The notes under the pieces were generated by a model that was given only the letters and a program-made list of their open reading frames with translations, searched no databases and was not told where the DNA came from. A stretch of DNA of 64,000 bases from a virus (lineage: Duplodnaviria > Caudoviricetes), in the IMG/VR virus record IMGVR_UViG_3300037851_000141, positions 96,001-160,000 of that record; one strand, written 5' to 3'. Shown here in pieces: positions 1-8,583 of the stretch. Position 1 is the first letter of the stretch. Every line of letters starts with the position of its first letter. Both the position numbers and the translations under genes were made by a program.

Positions 1-1077
1 CCAAGAGTTAAGTTTCTTATCACTTTCGGTGAGTTCAACTTTCTTAGGGGCTTTTTCCGCAGGAACGCCATCAGCGATTACCTTTTTCATTTGGGCATCA
101 ATAGCCTTTTGTTGTACTGGTAATACTTTTGGTTCTTCCTTCTTTGCTTCGGTGATTACGGTCTTTGTTTCAGTTGTTTTTTCAGTGGCTTTTGGAGTTT
201 CCTTAGCTACTGGTTTAACTTCCGATTCAAGGACGATATCTCTGATTTTAGCAAAGTGAGCATCAAGTTCTTCGACATCAACACTTTCGAGAAGTTTGAT
301 TGCCTTGGAACGTTGAGCATCAGTGAGTCCTTCGGTTATGGCACCAATTTTCACTTTCTTTTCAACTTCTCTCTTTTGTTTGGCGATTGCGATGGCTTCT
401 TTCTTAGCAGATTGAAGGTCGCTTTCCAACTTTGAGATGGTGTCACGGGACTCTTTGATTAACGCATAGCTTGTATCGTCCAGCTTGATAAAGTTCTTGG
501 AGAATGATTCCATGATACTATTAACAAGTGGTTGGTACACGCTTAACTTAGATGCGGATTCCATGATTTCAGAAGGAATAGCTGATTGGAGTTTAGCTTC
601 GAGATAGTCGCTAACCCGTTCAATCATTTCTTCCTTGAATTTTTTAACCTCTTCTACAAGGAGGGCATCTTGTTTTGTTTTATATTCCTTAGCCTCGTTA
701 AAGACCAAGGTTTCGATTTCTTTACGGTAAGTAGAAGCTTTATCAGCGAGTTTAGTTTCTACTTCAGTCTTATATTCAGCAGCTTGTTTGAGTACAGTTT
801 CTTCGAGTTGTTTCTTGAAGGTTTCTGCTTGTTCAACGAGTACTTTTTCATTTTCAGCAGTTTCGGCGGCGAGTTTAGCCTTTTCTGCTTCGATTGATTC
901 TTTGAGTTCTTTTTCTTTAGTTGCGAAGGATTCAGCTAGGAGTTTTTCTTTAGCTTGAACTCTGGCTTCAACAGTTTCATTGATAAGTCCAGATATTTTT
1001 TCTTTTTGTTCTTTTGAGAGTAAATCTTTATCGGTTCCCTCAAGAAGAACATCAAGGATATTTTGTTGTTGAGCCAT
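1..1077 (-). CDS. gp22: Prohead core scaffold protein (T4 gp22-like), 3'-truncated by the window edge
   Basis: Absent from the ORF track because it runs off the edge. Manual translation from ATG 1077 gives MAQQQNILDVLLEGTDKDLLSKEQKEKISGLINETVEARV..., a long E/K-rich coiled coil open to position 1. It lies directly downstream of gp21, has many hydrophobic-X-E sites (LINE, LLAE, IMES, AITE, VITE), and has a late promoter at 1109-1116. Confidence 0.85.
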   Translation of the reverse strand, partial: MAQQQNILDVLLEGTDKDLLSKEQKEKISGLINETVEARVQAKEKLLAESFATKEKELKESIEAEKAKLAAETAENEKVLVEQAETFKKQLEETVLKQAAEYKTEVETKLADKASTYRKEIETLVFNEAKEYKTKQDALLVEEVKKFKEEMIERVSDYLEAKLQSAIPSEIMESASKLSVYQPLVNSIMESFSKNFIKLDDTSYALIKESRDTISKLESDLQSAKKEAIAIAKQKREVEKKVKIGAITEGLTDAQRSKAIKLLESVDVEELDAHFAKIRDIVLESEVKPVAKETPKATEKTTETKTVITEAKKEEPKVLPVQQKAIDAQMKKVIADGVPAEKAPKKVELTESDKKLNSW

Positions 1078-1108
1078 GTGTGAATCTCCTATTGATCTAT
1101 TCGTTTAT

Positions 1109-1116
1109 TATTTATA
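1109..1116 (-). promoter_or_regulatory. T4-type late promoter TATAAATA (scaffold gene)
   Basis: Exact match, intergenic, 32 nt upstream of the ATG. Confidence 0.75.
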
Positions 1117-1134
1117 TCTCGACACGCACTTGAT

Positions 1135-1842
1135 TTACAAACTTTTTAAAGATGAGATAAAGTTAGTAAGAGCTTCGGCAAAAAGTTCTTTACGATCTAT
1201 GGAATGTTTAGGTAGAATATTTACTTTTCTTTGTAATTTATTGACACATTCTAAAATAGTTCCATTATCGCCAATTATATATTCTTTATTTTCTAATATA
1301 CCTTCAACGAAACCTTCAGGGGCGCTTGGATCGGCAACAGCATCAACTGCGATCATTTCATAGGATTCGACTTGTTTAGAACCATCTGGATTTTGATTAT
1401 CGCTTAATGAACCAAGACCGCGAGTTGAAACGCCGATACGAAGTTTATCATCAAGGAAGGTTTGGAGCATTTTACCGCAAGGATGGGAGATTAGGACTTT
1501 AGCTTTACCAATACAATCATTACCTTGCCAGTCGAGATTTATGATATAGTGAGAAACCCGATCAAGGTTAATTTCAACACCTTCAGGATGGCCAAGTTCT
1601 CCCATTGAGCGGAGTCCTGTACTTGGGTTCATTCTTTCTTGCTTATATTTCTGTACAACACTTTCCATCAACTGTTTACCATATTTACGACCATTACGAT
1701 TTTTAGCTTCGCATTGGATAAAAGGTCCATTAATATAATAAGATTTTTGATATGAACCGTCGTCTTGCTTGAATTTCTCAATAATAGTTTCTACGGGTTG
1801 AATATCGAAGTTTTTGGCTTCAGTTATGAGAATCATTGACAT
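1135..1842 (-). CDS. gp21: Prohead protease (T4 gp21-like); likely start ATG 1842 (MSMILITEAK) rather than 1920
   Basis: Motifs NRNGRKY, GELGHP (catalytic His), GVSTRGLGS (catalytic Ser) and DAVADPSAPEGFVEGI. Sits between the gp67-like gene and gp22. Confidence 0.95.
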   Translation of the reverse strand: MSMILITEAKNFDIQPVETIIEKFKQDDGSYQKSYYINGPFIQCEAKNRNGRKYGKQLMESVVQKYKQERMNPSTGLRSMGELGHPEGVEINLDRVSHYIINLDWQGNDCIGKAKVLISHPCGKMLQTFLDDKLRIGVSTRGLGSLSDNQNPDGSKQVESYEMIAVDAVADPSAPEGFVEGILENKEYIIGDNGTILECVNKLQRKVNILPKHSIDRKELFAEALTNFISSLKSL

Positions 1843-1864
1843 TTTTACCGTCCCTGGCGAAGCG

Positions 1865-2053
1865 TTATTTATTGACTGATTCTGCTGCGGCTTTATTGGC
1901 AGTAGCATTAATCTCGTCAATGATCTTCGCCTTATTCTTATTTATACAATTATTTAGGGCATCTTTGACGGCATTTGGGAAGTGTTTATCAGCTTCGACG
2001 TAATCTTCTTTAGACATAGCTGATAAGAATTTTTTGAGTGCTTCTTTTGACAT
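1865..2053 (-). CDS. Small prohead core protein, gp67-like
   Basis: 62 aa, between portal and protease. FLSAMSKEDYVEADKHFPNAVKDAL resembles the pattern of T4 gp67 (IEAIKSNDLVAARKLFAEAM). Confidence 0.65.
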   Translation of the reverse strand: MSKEALKKFLSAMSKEDYVEADKHFPNAVKDALNNCINKNKAKIIDEINATANKAAAESVNK

Positions 2054-2065
2054 AGGTTGTTCCTT

Positions 2066-5026
2066 TTATTGTGCAAAGCTTTCTAAGTCTGGTCCAGAGG
2101 TCGATTTTGGTTTAGACTCTCCACCGCCAGTTTCATCTCCACCAAGGTCGGGAGTTTCATCTGGTCCACCGCCGGTATCTTCTCCACCGAGGTCAGGTAA
2201 ATCTTCTAATCCGCCTCCACCACCCCCGCCACCAGATCCATCACCAATTGAAACGGGAGCTTCGGCTTCTTCTTGTTTTAACATTTCAGTATTTTCTTGG
2301 ATTTCACTTGGGGTTAGTTTGAGGCATTTTTTCATTACAAACTTACCAGATAATAGTGGTTTTTTACCTTCTTCATCTGATTGGGCGAACTGCATGAGTT
2401 TTTCCATATTTTCAGTACGCAGACTCATGATATTATTTTGGAAGTATTCTTCGAACAGGTTATTTGATAGTAATGAAACGTCGATATCCCGGTCACTAAT
2501 ACCAAACTCGTCAACATATCCTTTAAGTTGTAAGTGAGACATGAATACTTGCTTGAATACTGTTGAAAATCGTTGAGAGTAGGTTGTACACATTTTATGG
2601 AAGCGGTATTCATCTCTGGTAACATCCGAAGTATCACCGAGCGAGAATCCAGCTTCTTCATTTAGTCTTGAGATAGGAATACGAAGACCGCGATATAACT
2701 TTTTAAGGAAGTAGGTAACGTCATCAATTTCGCTAAGATTTTGTCCACCTGGAAGGGTTTCTACTTTACTTCCTTTACCATCTTGAGATATAAAGAAGAA
2801 ATCTTCGACCATTGCCTGTGGGTCATATATTTCGCCGGCTTCTCCTGATTCTGGATTATAGGTTTTACGTTGGCGATATTTTCTCATTAATTGTTGAACA
2901 TATGCTTCCGCTTTTGGTTTAGGCAATTTACCGACTTCTATAGTAAATACTCTCTTTTCAGTACCTTTACAATTATGAACTGGTATATTATTAACTATAA
3001 AATTATGCTCATCGTGGCACACTTCAATATCATATACAGTTGATGTACCAATTTGATCAACATGGCATACATTCTCATATTCTGGCAATGGTAATTTAGT
3101 AAGAGTAATAGAATATGAATCCGATCTATTTATAATACGTTCACCAAACTTACCTGGACCTCCTTTTGTTTTTTTAATCAATCCAGAACATAACCCCATA
3201 GATGCCCATAATTCTTTGATATCTTCAACAAGTTGTCGGTTTGATAATTTTATTGTTGTAAACCAAGTTCCCTTATATGTGTATCTTTCACTACCATCAG
3301 CATCAGATAAACCTTCAATAAATGCCATTTTAATTTCATCCGATGATGTGAAAACCCATTCTGGTATTCTCTTTTTATCATGTCCATGTATATATCCTAA
3401 ATTCTCAAATACCTTAACTCCAATTATAGATGATGTATAGTATGATGTAAACTTTTTATCTTTATTTGATGAACGTTCACATTTTCCAAAGAATTTTTTA
3501 AGTAGGCCAGAATAATAATCATTTAATTCAGGATATTCGCCTTCAGCAAATACTATATTATGTTTATGTACTGTTCCATCTCCTATTAAAAATCCAAATA
3601 ATTTAGCAAACTCAGCATTTACAATATCTGGCAAATGTATTCTTGATGAATTACATTCCCCTTTGTTTACTATTTCAAGATAACTCTCAGGTATTTCAAG
3701 TCTTTCACAAATCTTTTTGGCAAGTTCCAATGGTAATGATTTATTATCTGTATATAAAAATTGCCAAATACGATTAAATTTATAATCAATATCTTTCGCA
3801 ATATTTTTGATAAACTCAGTTTTACTAACATTAAATTTCTTATTTCTTATAAAAGTTCTATCAGTCAATTTTGCCCATGGTTCTCCAAATAATTTTATAA
3901 TAGGAGTATCTACTTGCTTATTATCATTTTTAACATTTATTAATTGATGAACTTTTGGAATTAAATCTTGAGCCTGAATATAAGATATTATTTTAGTTTT
4001 CTTATTTCTAACTAATATTGGATGATCTGGAGTACATGTTAATTCTGAGTGATGGCTTCTGACTCTTACAACTTCTTTAGTACCATTATTCCATTTATTA
4101 CTAACTTTTGTTTCATATTGTTTACCATCTTTATAAGAATATACAGTATCTCCTATTTCAACATCTTTAATATATTTCCATCCAGTGTTGGTTCTGATTC
4201 GGCTAAATTCATCCAAACATAAACGATAAATAACAACAGCATCTTCCATTTGTTTAAGTTTTCTATAGTCGATTTTAGCACGTTCAAGATAAGATAATAC
4301 AATTTTAGTCCAACGATCTTCCCAAGCATATATACCAGAGTTAGCATAGGCGACAGCTTCGGGTGGTAGAACGAGTATATTTGATTCGTTTTTATGTACG
4401 AATTGATATACTTGTTCTGTGTCAGGTTCCCAAATTGTATGGGTAAATTCTGGACGTAATCTCTTAACTCTTATTAAACCTCGTTCTTTTACTGTCGTTG
4501 GGTCTATAACTTTTTCGAAGAATATTTCACCATCGATCATGTAATCATTAAACCATTCATATACATTTTCTTTAGCATTCATAACGTCATGGAGTACATA
4601 TTTCCATTCTTTTACCAGATTAGCGACTATATTTTCATTTTGTGATAGTCTGTTATTTTTTATATTAAATTGGACGAATTCACCTTGGTCATTGAAGTTA
4701 ACACATTCATCTACAACTTCACCTATAGCAAATCCGATTTCAGGGAAGAATGACATATCACGGTAGACTTTAAGACGATTTAGTTTACCGGGTTCTGAGT
4801 TATATACGAATGAGTTGAAATATCCTGTTTGTTTTTGGAAGTCAATAGCAGATACAGCAGAAACGTCAGCCATATCAGTTGCGCTTGGAATCTGTTGTTT
4901 ACCGTATTTCTCACCTTGTCTGTCAAAAGTATTATAAACACGTTTGAAATGTTGTTGCTGGGCGGCTTTAGACCATCTGTTTCTTCTCACAAATGGTTCA
5001 ACGATCTTTCTAAATAGGTCTGCCAT
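2066..5026 (-). CDS. gp20: Portal vertex protein (T4 gp20-like) with intein; likely start ATG 5026 after a GGGAG RBS
   Basis: gp20 motifs WFNDYMIDG, LKQMEDAVVIYRL, KRVFTIEVGKLPKPKAEAY, MVEDFF, VETLPGGQNL and YRGLRIPISRL. Gly/acidic C-terminal tail. Confidence 0.95.
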   Translation of the reverse strand: MADLFRKIVEPFVRRNRWSKAAQQQHFKRVYNTFDRQGEKYGKQQIPSATDMADVSAVSAIDFQKQTGYFNSFVYNSEPGKLNRLKVYRDMSFFPEIGFAIGEVVDECVNFNDQGEFVQFNIKNNRLSQNENIVANLVKEWKYVLHDVMNAKENVYEWFNDYMIDGEIFFEKVIDPTTVKERGLIRVKRLRPEFTHTIWEPDTEQVYQFVHKNESNILVLPPEAVAYANSGIYAWEDRWTKIVLSYLERAKIDYRKLKQMEDAVVIYRLCLDEFSRIRTNTGWKYIKDVEIGDTVYSYKDGKQYETKVSNKWNNGTKEVVRVRSHHSELTCTPDHPILVRNKKTKIISYIQAQDLIPKVHQLINVKNDNKQVDTPIIKLFGEPWAKLTDRTFIRNKKFNVSKTEFIKNIAKDIDYKFNRIWQFLYTDNKSLPLELAKKICERLEIPESYLEIVNKGECNSSRIHLPDIVNAEFAKLFGFLIGDGTVHKHNIVFAEGEYPELNDYYSGLLKKFFGKCERSSNKDKKFTSYYTSSIIGVKVFENLGYIHGHDKKRIPEWVFTSSDEIKMAFIEGLSDADGSERYTYKGTWFTTIKLSNRQLVEDIKELWASMGLCSGLIKKTKGGPGKFGERIINRSDSYSITLTKLPLPEYENVCHVDQIGTSTVYDIEVCHDEHNFIVNNIPVHNCKGTEKRVFTIEVGKLPKPKAEAYVQQLMRKYRQRKTYNPESGEAGEIYDPQAMVEDFFFISQDGKGSKVETLPGGQNLSEIDDVTYFLKKLYRGLRIPISRLNEEAGFSLGDTSDVTRDEYRFHKMCTTYSQRFSTVFKQVFMSHLQLKGYVDEFGISDRDIDVSLLSNNLFEEYFQNNIMSLRTENMEKLMQFAQSDEEGKKPLLSGKFVMKKCLKLTPSEIQENTEMLKQEEAEAPVSIGDGSGGGGGGGGLEDLPDLGGEDTGGGPDETPDLGGDETGGGESKPKSTSGPDLESFAQ
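2110..2240 (-). repeat. Gly/acidic low-complexity repeat at the portal C-terminus (PDLGGEDTGGG / PDLGGDETGGG, poly-Gly)
   Basis: Visible imperfect duplication in both DNA and protein. Confidence 0.8.
2972..4219 (-). mobile_element. Intein (416 aa) with LAGLIDADG homing endonuclease, in the portal gene
   Basis: N-terminus CLDEFSRIRT, block B TCTPDHPI, LAGLIDADG blocks LFGFLIGDG and FIEGLSDADG, C-terminus HNFIVNNIPVHN followed by +1 Cys. Excision restores IYRL-CKGTEKRVF, which aligns with T4 IYRI-TRAPDRRVW. Confidence 0.93.
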
Positions 5027-5084
5027 GATTACTCCCAATATATCATTATAATATAAGTTTGTAAATTATATTATAAGTCAAACC

Positions 5085-5092
5085 TATTTATA
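5085..5092 (-). promoter_or_regulatory. Late promoter (portal operon)
   Basis: AATA-TATAAATA, intergenic, correct orientation. Confidence 0.75.
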
Positions 5093-5125
5093 TATTTTTT
5101 GTTGGATATATAATAAATAGAATAT

Positions 5126-5569
5126 ATGGGTTTAAAACAAGGCATATTTAATCCACAACACCCAGAAAAATGTAAGGGTAAACTTCGTTCCGTATATAGG
5201 AGTGGTTGGGAATTGACGTTTATGAGATTTTTAGATACGAACTCTGGTGTAGTTGAATGGAGTTCTGAGTCATTGCCTATTAGTTATTTTAATCCAGTCA
5301 AGAATAAGATATGTCGTTATTATCCAGATTTTCTCGTAAAGTATAAGGGTAAAGATGGAGAATATCATATTGAACTTATTGAAATAAAGCCATATCGTGA
5401 GACTCAACCGCCAAAAATACACGGTAATAAGAAACAGAGTACTTTATTAATGGAATGTAGAACTTGGTCAATTAATCAGGCGAAATGGGAAGCTGCCAAA
5501 AAATTCTGTGAGCAGCGAGGAATAACTTTTAGATTGATGACTGAAAAGGAACTTAAAGTTATCCGTTAG
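5126..5569 (+). CDS. gp4: Head completion nuclease (T4 gp4-like, TnsA-N PD-(D/E)xK fold)
   Basis: Motifs GIFNPQHPEK, VYRSGWELTFMRFLD, WSSE, RYYPDF, IEIKPYRETQPP and NQAKWEAAKKFC. Confidence 0.92.
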   Translation: MGLKQGIFNPQHPEKCKGKLRSVYRSGWELTFMRFLDTNSGVVEWSSESLPISYFNPVKNKICRYYPDFLVKYKGKDGEYHIELIEIKPYRETQPPKIHGNKKQSTLLMECRTWSINQAKWEAAKKFCEQRGITFRLMTEKELKVIR

Positions 5570-5781
5570 TTACTTTTTGGTATATATGTCCAGCCAAGAA
5601 AGAATTTAAGCCAGAACCGTTTCCATAGAGAAGGTTTTTTCATAACAGAAAATTTTAATCCAACATCGGTATCAATTTCTCCACAATAGGGAGTGTAATT
5701 ACAACAAATACCGTCAGTCTTCATTCCCATAATCATATTTGTTTGATTATCTCGTATATAAGGATGATTCATATCAGTCAT
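5566..5781 (-). CDS. Hypothetical protein
   Basis: 71-aa ORF, coupled by ATGA overlap to the upstream small ORF. Confidence 0.55.
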   Translation of the reverse strand: MTDMNHPYIRDNQTNMIMGMKTDGICCNYTPYCGEIDTDVGLKFSVMKKPSLWKRFWLKFFLGWTYIPKSN

Positions 5782-5948
5782 TTTTTATCCTGTTCTGGTT
5801 TCTGTTCTGGTTTCTGTGATGGTTTAGTATCTTCTATTAATTTCTTGATTGTATTTAGGGCTTCAATTATTTTTTGATGTTCTACTCTGGTTACTTGGGC
5901 CAATGATGATGCTTGGTCAAGGATTTGTAGGGCTTGTTCTGGAGTCAT
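5778..5948 (-). CDS. Small hypothetical protein (56 aa, MTPEQALQILDQASSLAQ...KPEQKPEQDKK)
   Basis: Below the ORF-track cutoff. ATGA overlaps at both ends (with 5945..6649 and 5566..5781). Contains a 12-nt tandem repeat. Confidence 0.65.
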   Translation of the reverse strand: MTPEQALQILDQASSLAQVTRVEHQKIIEALNTIKKLIEDTKPSQKPEQKPEQDKK

Positions 5949-6649
5949 GGTGTTTCCTTTATTGTACTTTTGAGTTCATCGTAAAGTTGGTAGATTCGTT
6001 TATTCCATTTAGCTTTATAAGTGTCATTTAAGTTATTTCTTATTTCTGGATGTGTCTTGTTTACATTATACCAGAAGAAGTCAATAAATTCTCTGTTTGT
6101 TTTTCCAAAGAAGTTATTAAATTGTTCAATAGTTTTTATTTTAGTTCTTAATAAGTCATAATATTTTGTAGCCATCTGTAGGTAATATGCGTTAAATTCC
6201 TTTGGACTATTATAATATTCTGGATCTGACAATATTGCCGTATTCTTATTTTGTTTTATTCGTTTATTATCGTTTTTATGGATTAATTCATGGATGATAA
6301 TATCTTTGTATTTTATTAAGAAATCTAAAATTTTATCGTTTTTTATATAGTCATCAACTTCTGGGTCTGTTTTTCTATCAAATACAAGTCCAGGACAAGA
6401 AACCTGTTTACCAGTTGAATCTCTGTATGTTATTTTTCCTATTCCAGTTCCACCATCATCATTTGTAAAAGCTAAACAAAATGGTTCATTAAGCATTTTA
6501 TCGAATCTATATATAAAACTATTGACTTTTATAACATCATTAAAGTTGTTTACGATTTTATAATATATTTCTTCAGCATCTCTTATTTGTTGTTCATCAC
6601 CTTCTCGCTCTGAAAATATATCAATTATTTTATTTTTTAAGTATTTCAT
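5945..6649 (-). CDS. HExxH (zincin-like) protein, paralog 1 of a 4-member family
   Basis: IIHELIH ... YYNSPKEFNAYY ... KWNKRIYQLYDELK; the same motifs recur in three other genes in the window. Confidence 0.8.
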   Translation of the reverse strand: MKYLKNKIIDIFSEREGDEQQIRDAEEIYYKIVNNFNDVIKVNSFIYRFDKMLNEPFCLAFTNDDGGTGIGKITYRDSTGKQVSCPGLVFDRKTDPEVDDYIKNDKILDFLIKYKDIIIHELIHKNDNKRIKQNKNTAILSDPEYYNSPKEFNAYYLQMATKYYDLLRTKIKTIEQFNNFFGKTNREFIDFFWYNVNKTHPEIRNNLNDTYKAKWNKRIYQLYDELKSTIKETP

Positions 6650-7499
6650 CGATTGTTCCAGTTTGTATTAATGGCAATTTTTCTTGAGTTACCATAAATA
6701 TTTCCATCGATACTCCATTATAGTTTATGATATGATTTGGCAGTATACGTCTAGTTTCATTGGCTTGTTCTTCCGTTATTTTTTTTCCTACTGTACATTC
6801 ATCGCCCATTAGGTTAGTCCTTTATTTTACTTTTGAGTTCGTCATAAAGTTGATATATACGTTTATTCCATTTTGTTTTATAAGTTTGATTAATGTATTT
6901 CAGAATATTGGGGTGCGTTTGTGAAATATAATTCCAAAATTTTGGTAAAAATTCTCTGTTGTCAGTTCCAAACAATTTATTAAATTGTTCAACGGTTTTA
7001 ATGTTTTTTACTATATCATATAACGTACTTGCGGCAGCCAAAAAATACGCATTATTTTCAAGAGGATGATTGTAATACTTCATTTTATCCGAATTAACAG
7101 AATTTAGTTGTACTGTCATTCTGTTATTGTCATTTTTGTGTATTAATTCGTGTATAATTGATTCTTTATTGTTTTGCCAAAATTTTTTTTATTTGATTAT
7201 TTTCTAAATATGGTATTATTTTATTTGATTCGACTGTGAAATCAAAAATAAGTCCAGGTAATCGATATCTAACATTTTTATCTAAAATATCAACATATCC
7301 AAAACCATGACCTTTACCGCCATTATCAATAAAAGATAAATAAAATTCATAACCAAGTATATCCGAAAAATTAAATATTGTTGAAAGGTTCGGTATAGTT
7401 TTTACTTTATTAAAATTATTTAATATTTTATAGTATATTTCTTCAGCATCTCTTATTTGTTGTTCATCACCTTCACGTTCTGAAAATATATCAATTATT
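6555..7499. repeat. 75-bp direct repeat (6555-6629 and 7425-7499; 72/75 identical, 870 bp apart) encoding the N-termini of paralogs 1 and 2
   Basis: Manual alignment of the two segments. Confidence 0.9.
6630..6809 (-). CDS. Possible small hypothetical protein (59 aa, MGDECTVGKK...)
   Basis: Fills the gap between paralogs 1 and 2. No recognisable motif. Confidence 0.35.
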   Translation of the reverse strand: MGDECTVGKKITEEQANETRRILPNHIINYNGVSMEIFMVTQEKLPLIQTGTIDEILKK

Positions 7500-7513
7500 C
7501 TCTTTTTCATCAT
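6814..7513 (-). pseudogene. HExxH paralog 2, split into ORFs 7166..7516 and 6814..7119 by a 1-nt frameshift in an A8 run (7183-7190)
   Basis: Removing one A gives ...NNQIKKFWQNNKESIIHELIHKNDNNRMTVQ..., continuous with the downstream ORF and of about the same length as paralog 1. Confidence 0.8.
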
Positions 7514-7528
7514 CAACTCCTGACAAAG

Positions 7529-7536
7529 TATTTATA
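7529..7536 (-). promoter_or_regulatory. Late promoter (HExxH paralogs 2 and 1)
   Basis: AATA-TATAAATA about 16-19 nt upstream of the start. Confidence 0.7.
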
Positions 7537-7560
7537 TATTATCAAAGAAGTTGTAATATA

Positions 7561-8535
7561 TCATCCATTCAACACCTTTTTCTGGTTATACGATTCAACT
7601 AAAGTTTTTATAATAGGTTCGTAATTGGATATCTTATCTATGAACTCACGGAACTTATTTTCTGACACATATTGGAATATTTGTTTACCATCAGCCATTA
7701 TATAATCATCCAGAGTTTGATTAAGAGTTTCAACAAGTTTAGCTGGAGTATATTGAAGGTCTATGAGGATTGTATTACGTTTAAATCCGATTTTAGCCTG
7801 TTTACCTATAGTCAGTGGGAAGTTGCAGCCATTTTCAGTAATCATAACTGGTTTATCATTTTCAAGAATTGGTGTTGTATCGTTATATAAGTCTTTAAGT
7901 AATTCTGGGGATTCGACCATTTTTTGGGCAGTTTTTTCGCCAAGTCTCTTTGTAACTGACTCATCTCCCATTTTTCTTCTGATTATATTTGGTACGTTAT
8001 CACCGGAGTCGCCACATATTATTTTTACTTTAAGTTCTTTTTCTGGATCTTCACTCTCTAAATAAACACCTTTAATCGGGTCAAACACAGAGACGTTATT
8101 ATATTTAAGTAATTGTTTGAAGTCGGTATCTGATGTTACTATTATTTTCTTTTCACCTTGATTTTGTTTAGCGATAGCACCAATAACGTCATCAGCCTCC
8201 ATAAAATTGACTTTGATTACATAGAAGGGGAAGTAGCATTTTAGGTCTTTAAACAGTTCATCCATAGTCGAATACAACCCATCCCAATCAATATGAGCTT
8301 GTTCTTCTCTCTTTTCTTTTCTATTGGCTTTATAATCAGGATAAATCTTTCTACGCCAATTTTGTTTAGAATCTGCTGCTATAACAACTTCGGTTGGCTC
8401 AAACTTACGGCAAAGATGAAAAATAGATTGAATCATTAGATGCTTAAAATAATTCCATCCCACATCTTCTATATCTTTACGAGCTACAAAAAAGTTACGA
8501 TAAGATAAGTGATTAAAATCTATAAGTAGCTGCAT
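7561..8535 (-). CDS. rnh: RNase H / 5'-3' exonuclease (T4 rnh, FEN-like); likely start ATG 8535
   Basis: LLIDFNHLSYRNF, DSKQNWRRKIYPDYKANR, EADDVIG, IVTSDTDFKQL, GDSGDNVP. Confidence 0.92.
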   Translation of the reverse strand: MQLLIDFNHLSYRNFFVARKDIEDVGWNYFKHLMIQSIFHLCRKFEPTEVVIAADSKQNWRRKIYPDYKANRKEKREEQAHIDWDGLYSTMDELFKDLKCYFPFYVIKVNFMEADDVIGAIAKQNQGEKKIIVTSDTDFKQLLKYNNVSVFDPIKGVYLESEDPEKELKVKIICGDSGDNVPNIIRRKMGDESVTKRLGEKTAQKMVESPELLKDLYNDTTPILENDKPVMITENGCNFPLTIGKQAKIGFKRNTILIDLQYTPAKLVETLNQTLDDYIMADGKQIFQYVSENKFREFIDKISNYEPIIKTLVESYNQKKVLNG

Positions 8536-8583
8536 TGAAGTTCTCCAAGCAACCATTATAGCTGAATCAAATAAGTAATCAAA

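Noticed and set aside
29-897. Short ORF-track entries antisense to or nested within long genes (e.g. 29..259, 586..897, 2034..2537 and many later ones)
   Set aside because: They are shadows of real genes on the opposite strand or frame, with no motifs or RBS.
5126-5569. TnsA-like nuclease as evidence of a Tn7-like transposon
   Set aside because: Motifs and position match the T4 gp4 head-completion protein; no TnsB/C or terminal repeats are present.
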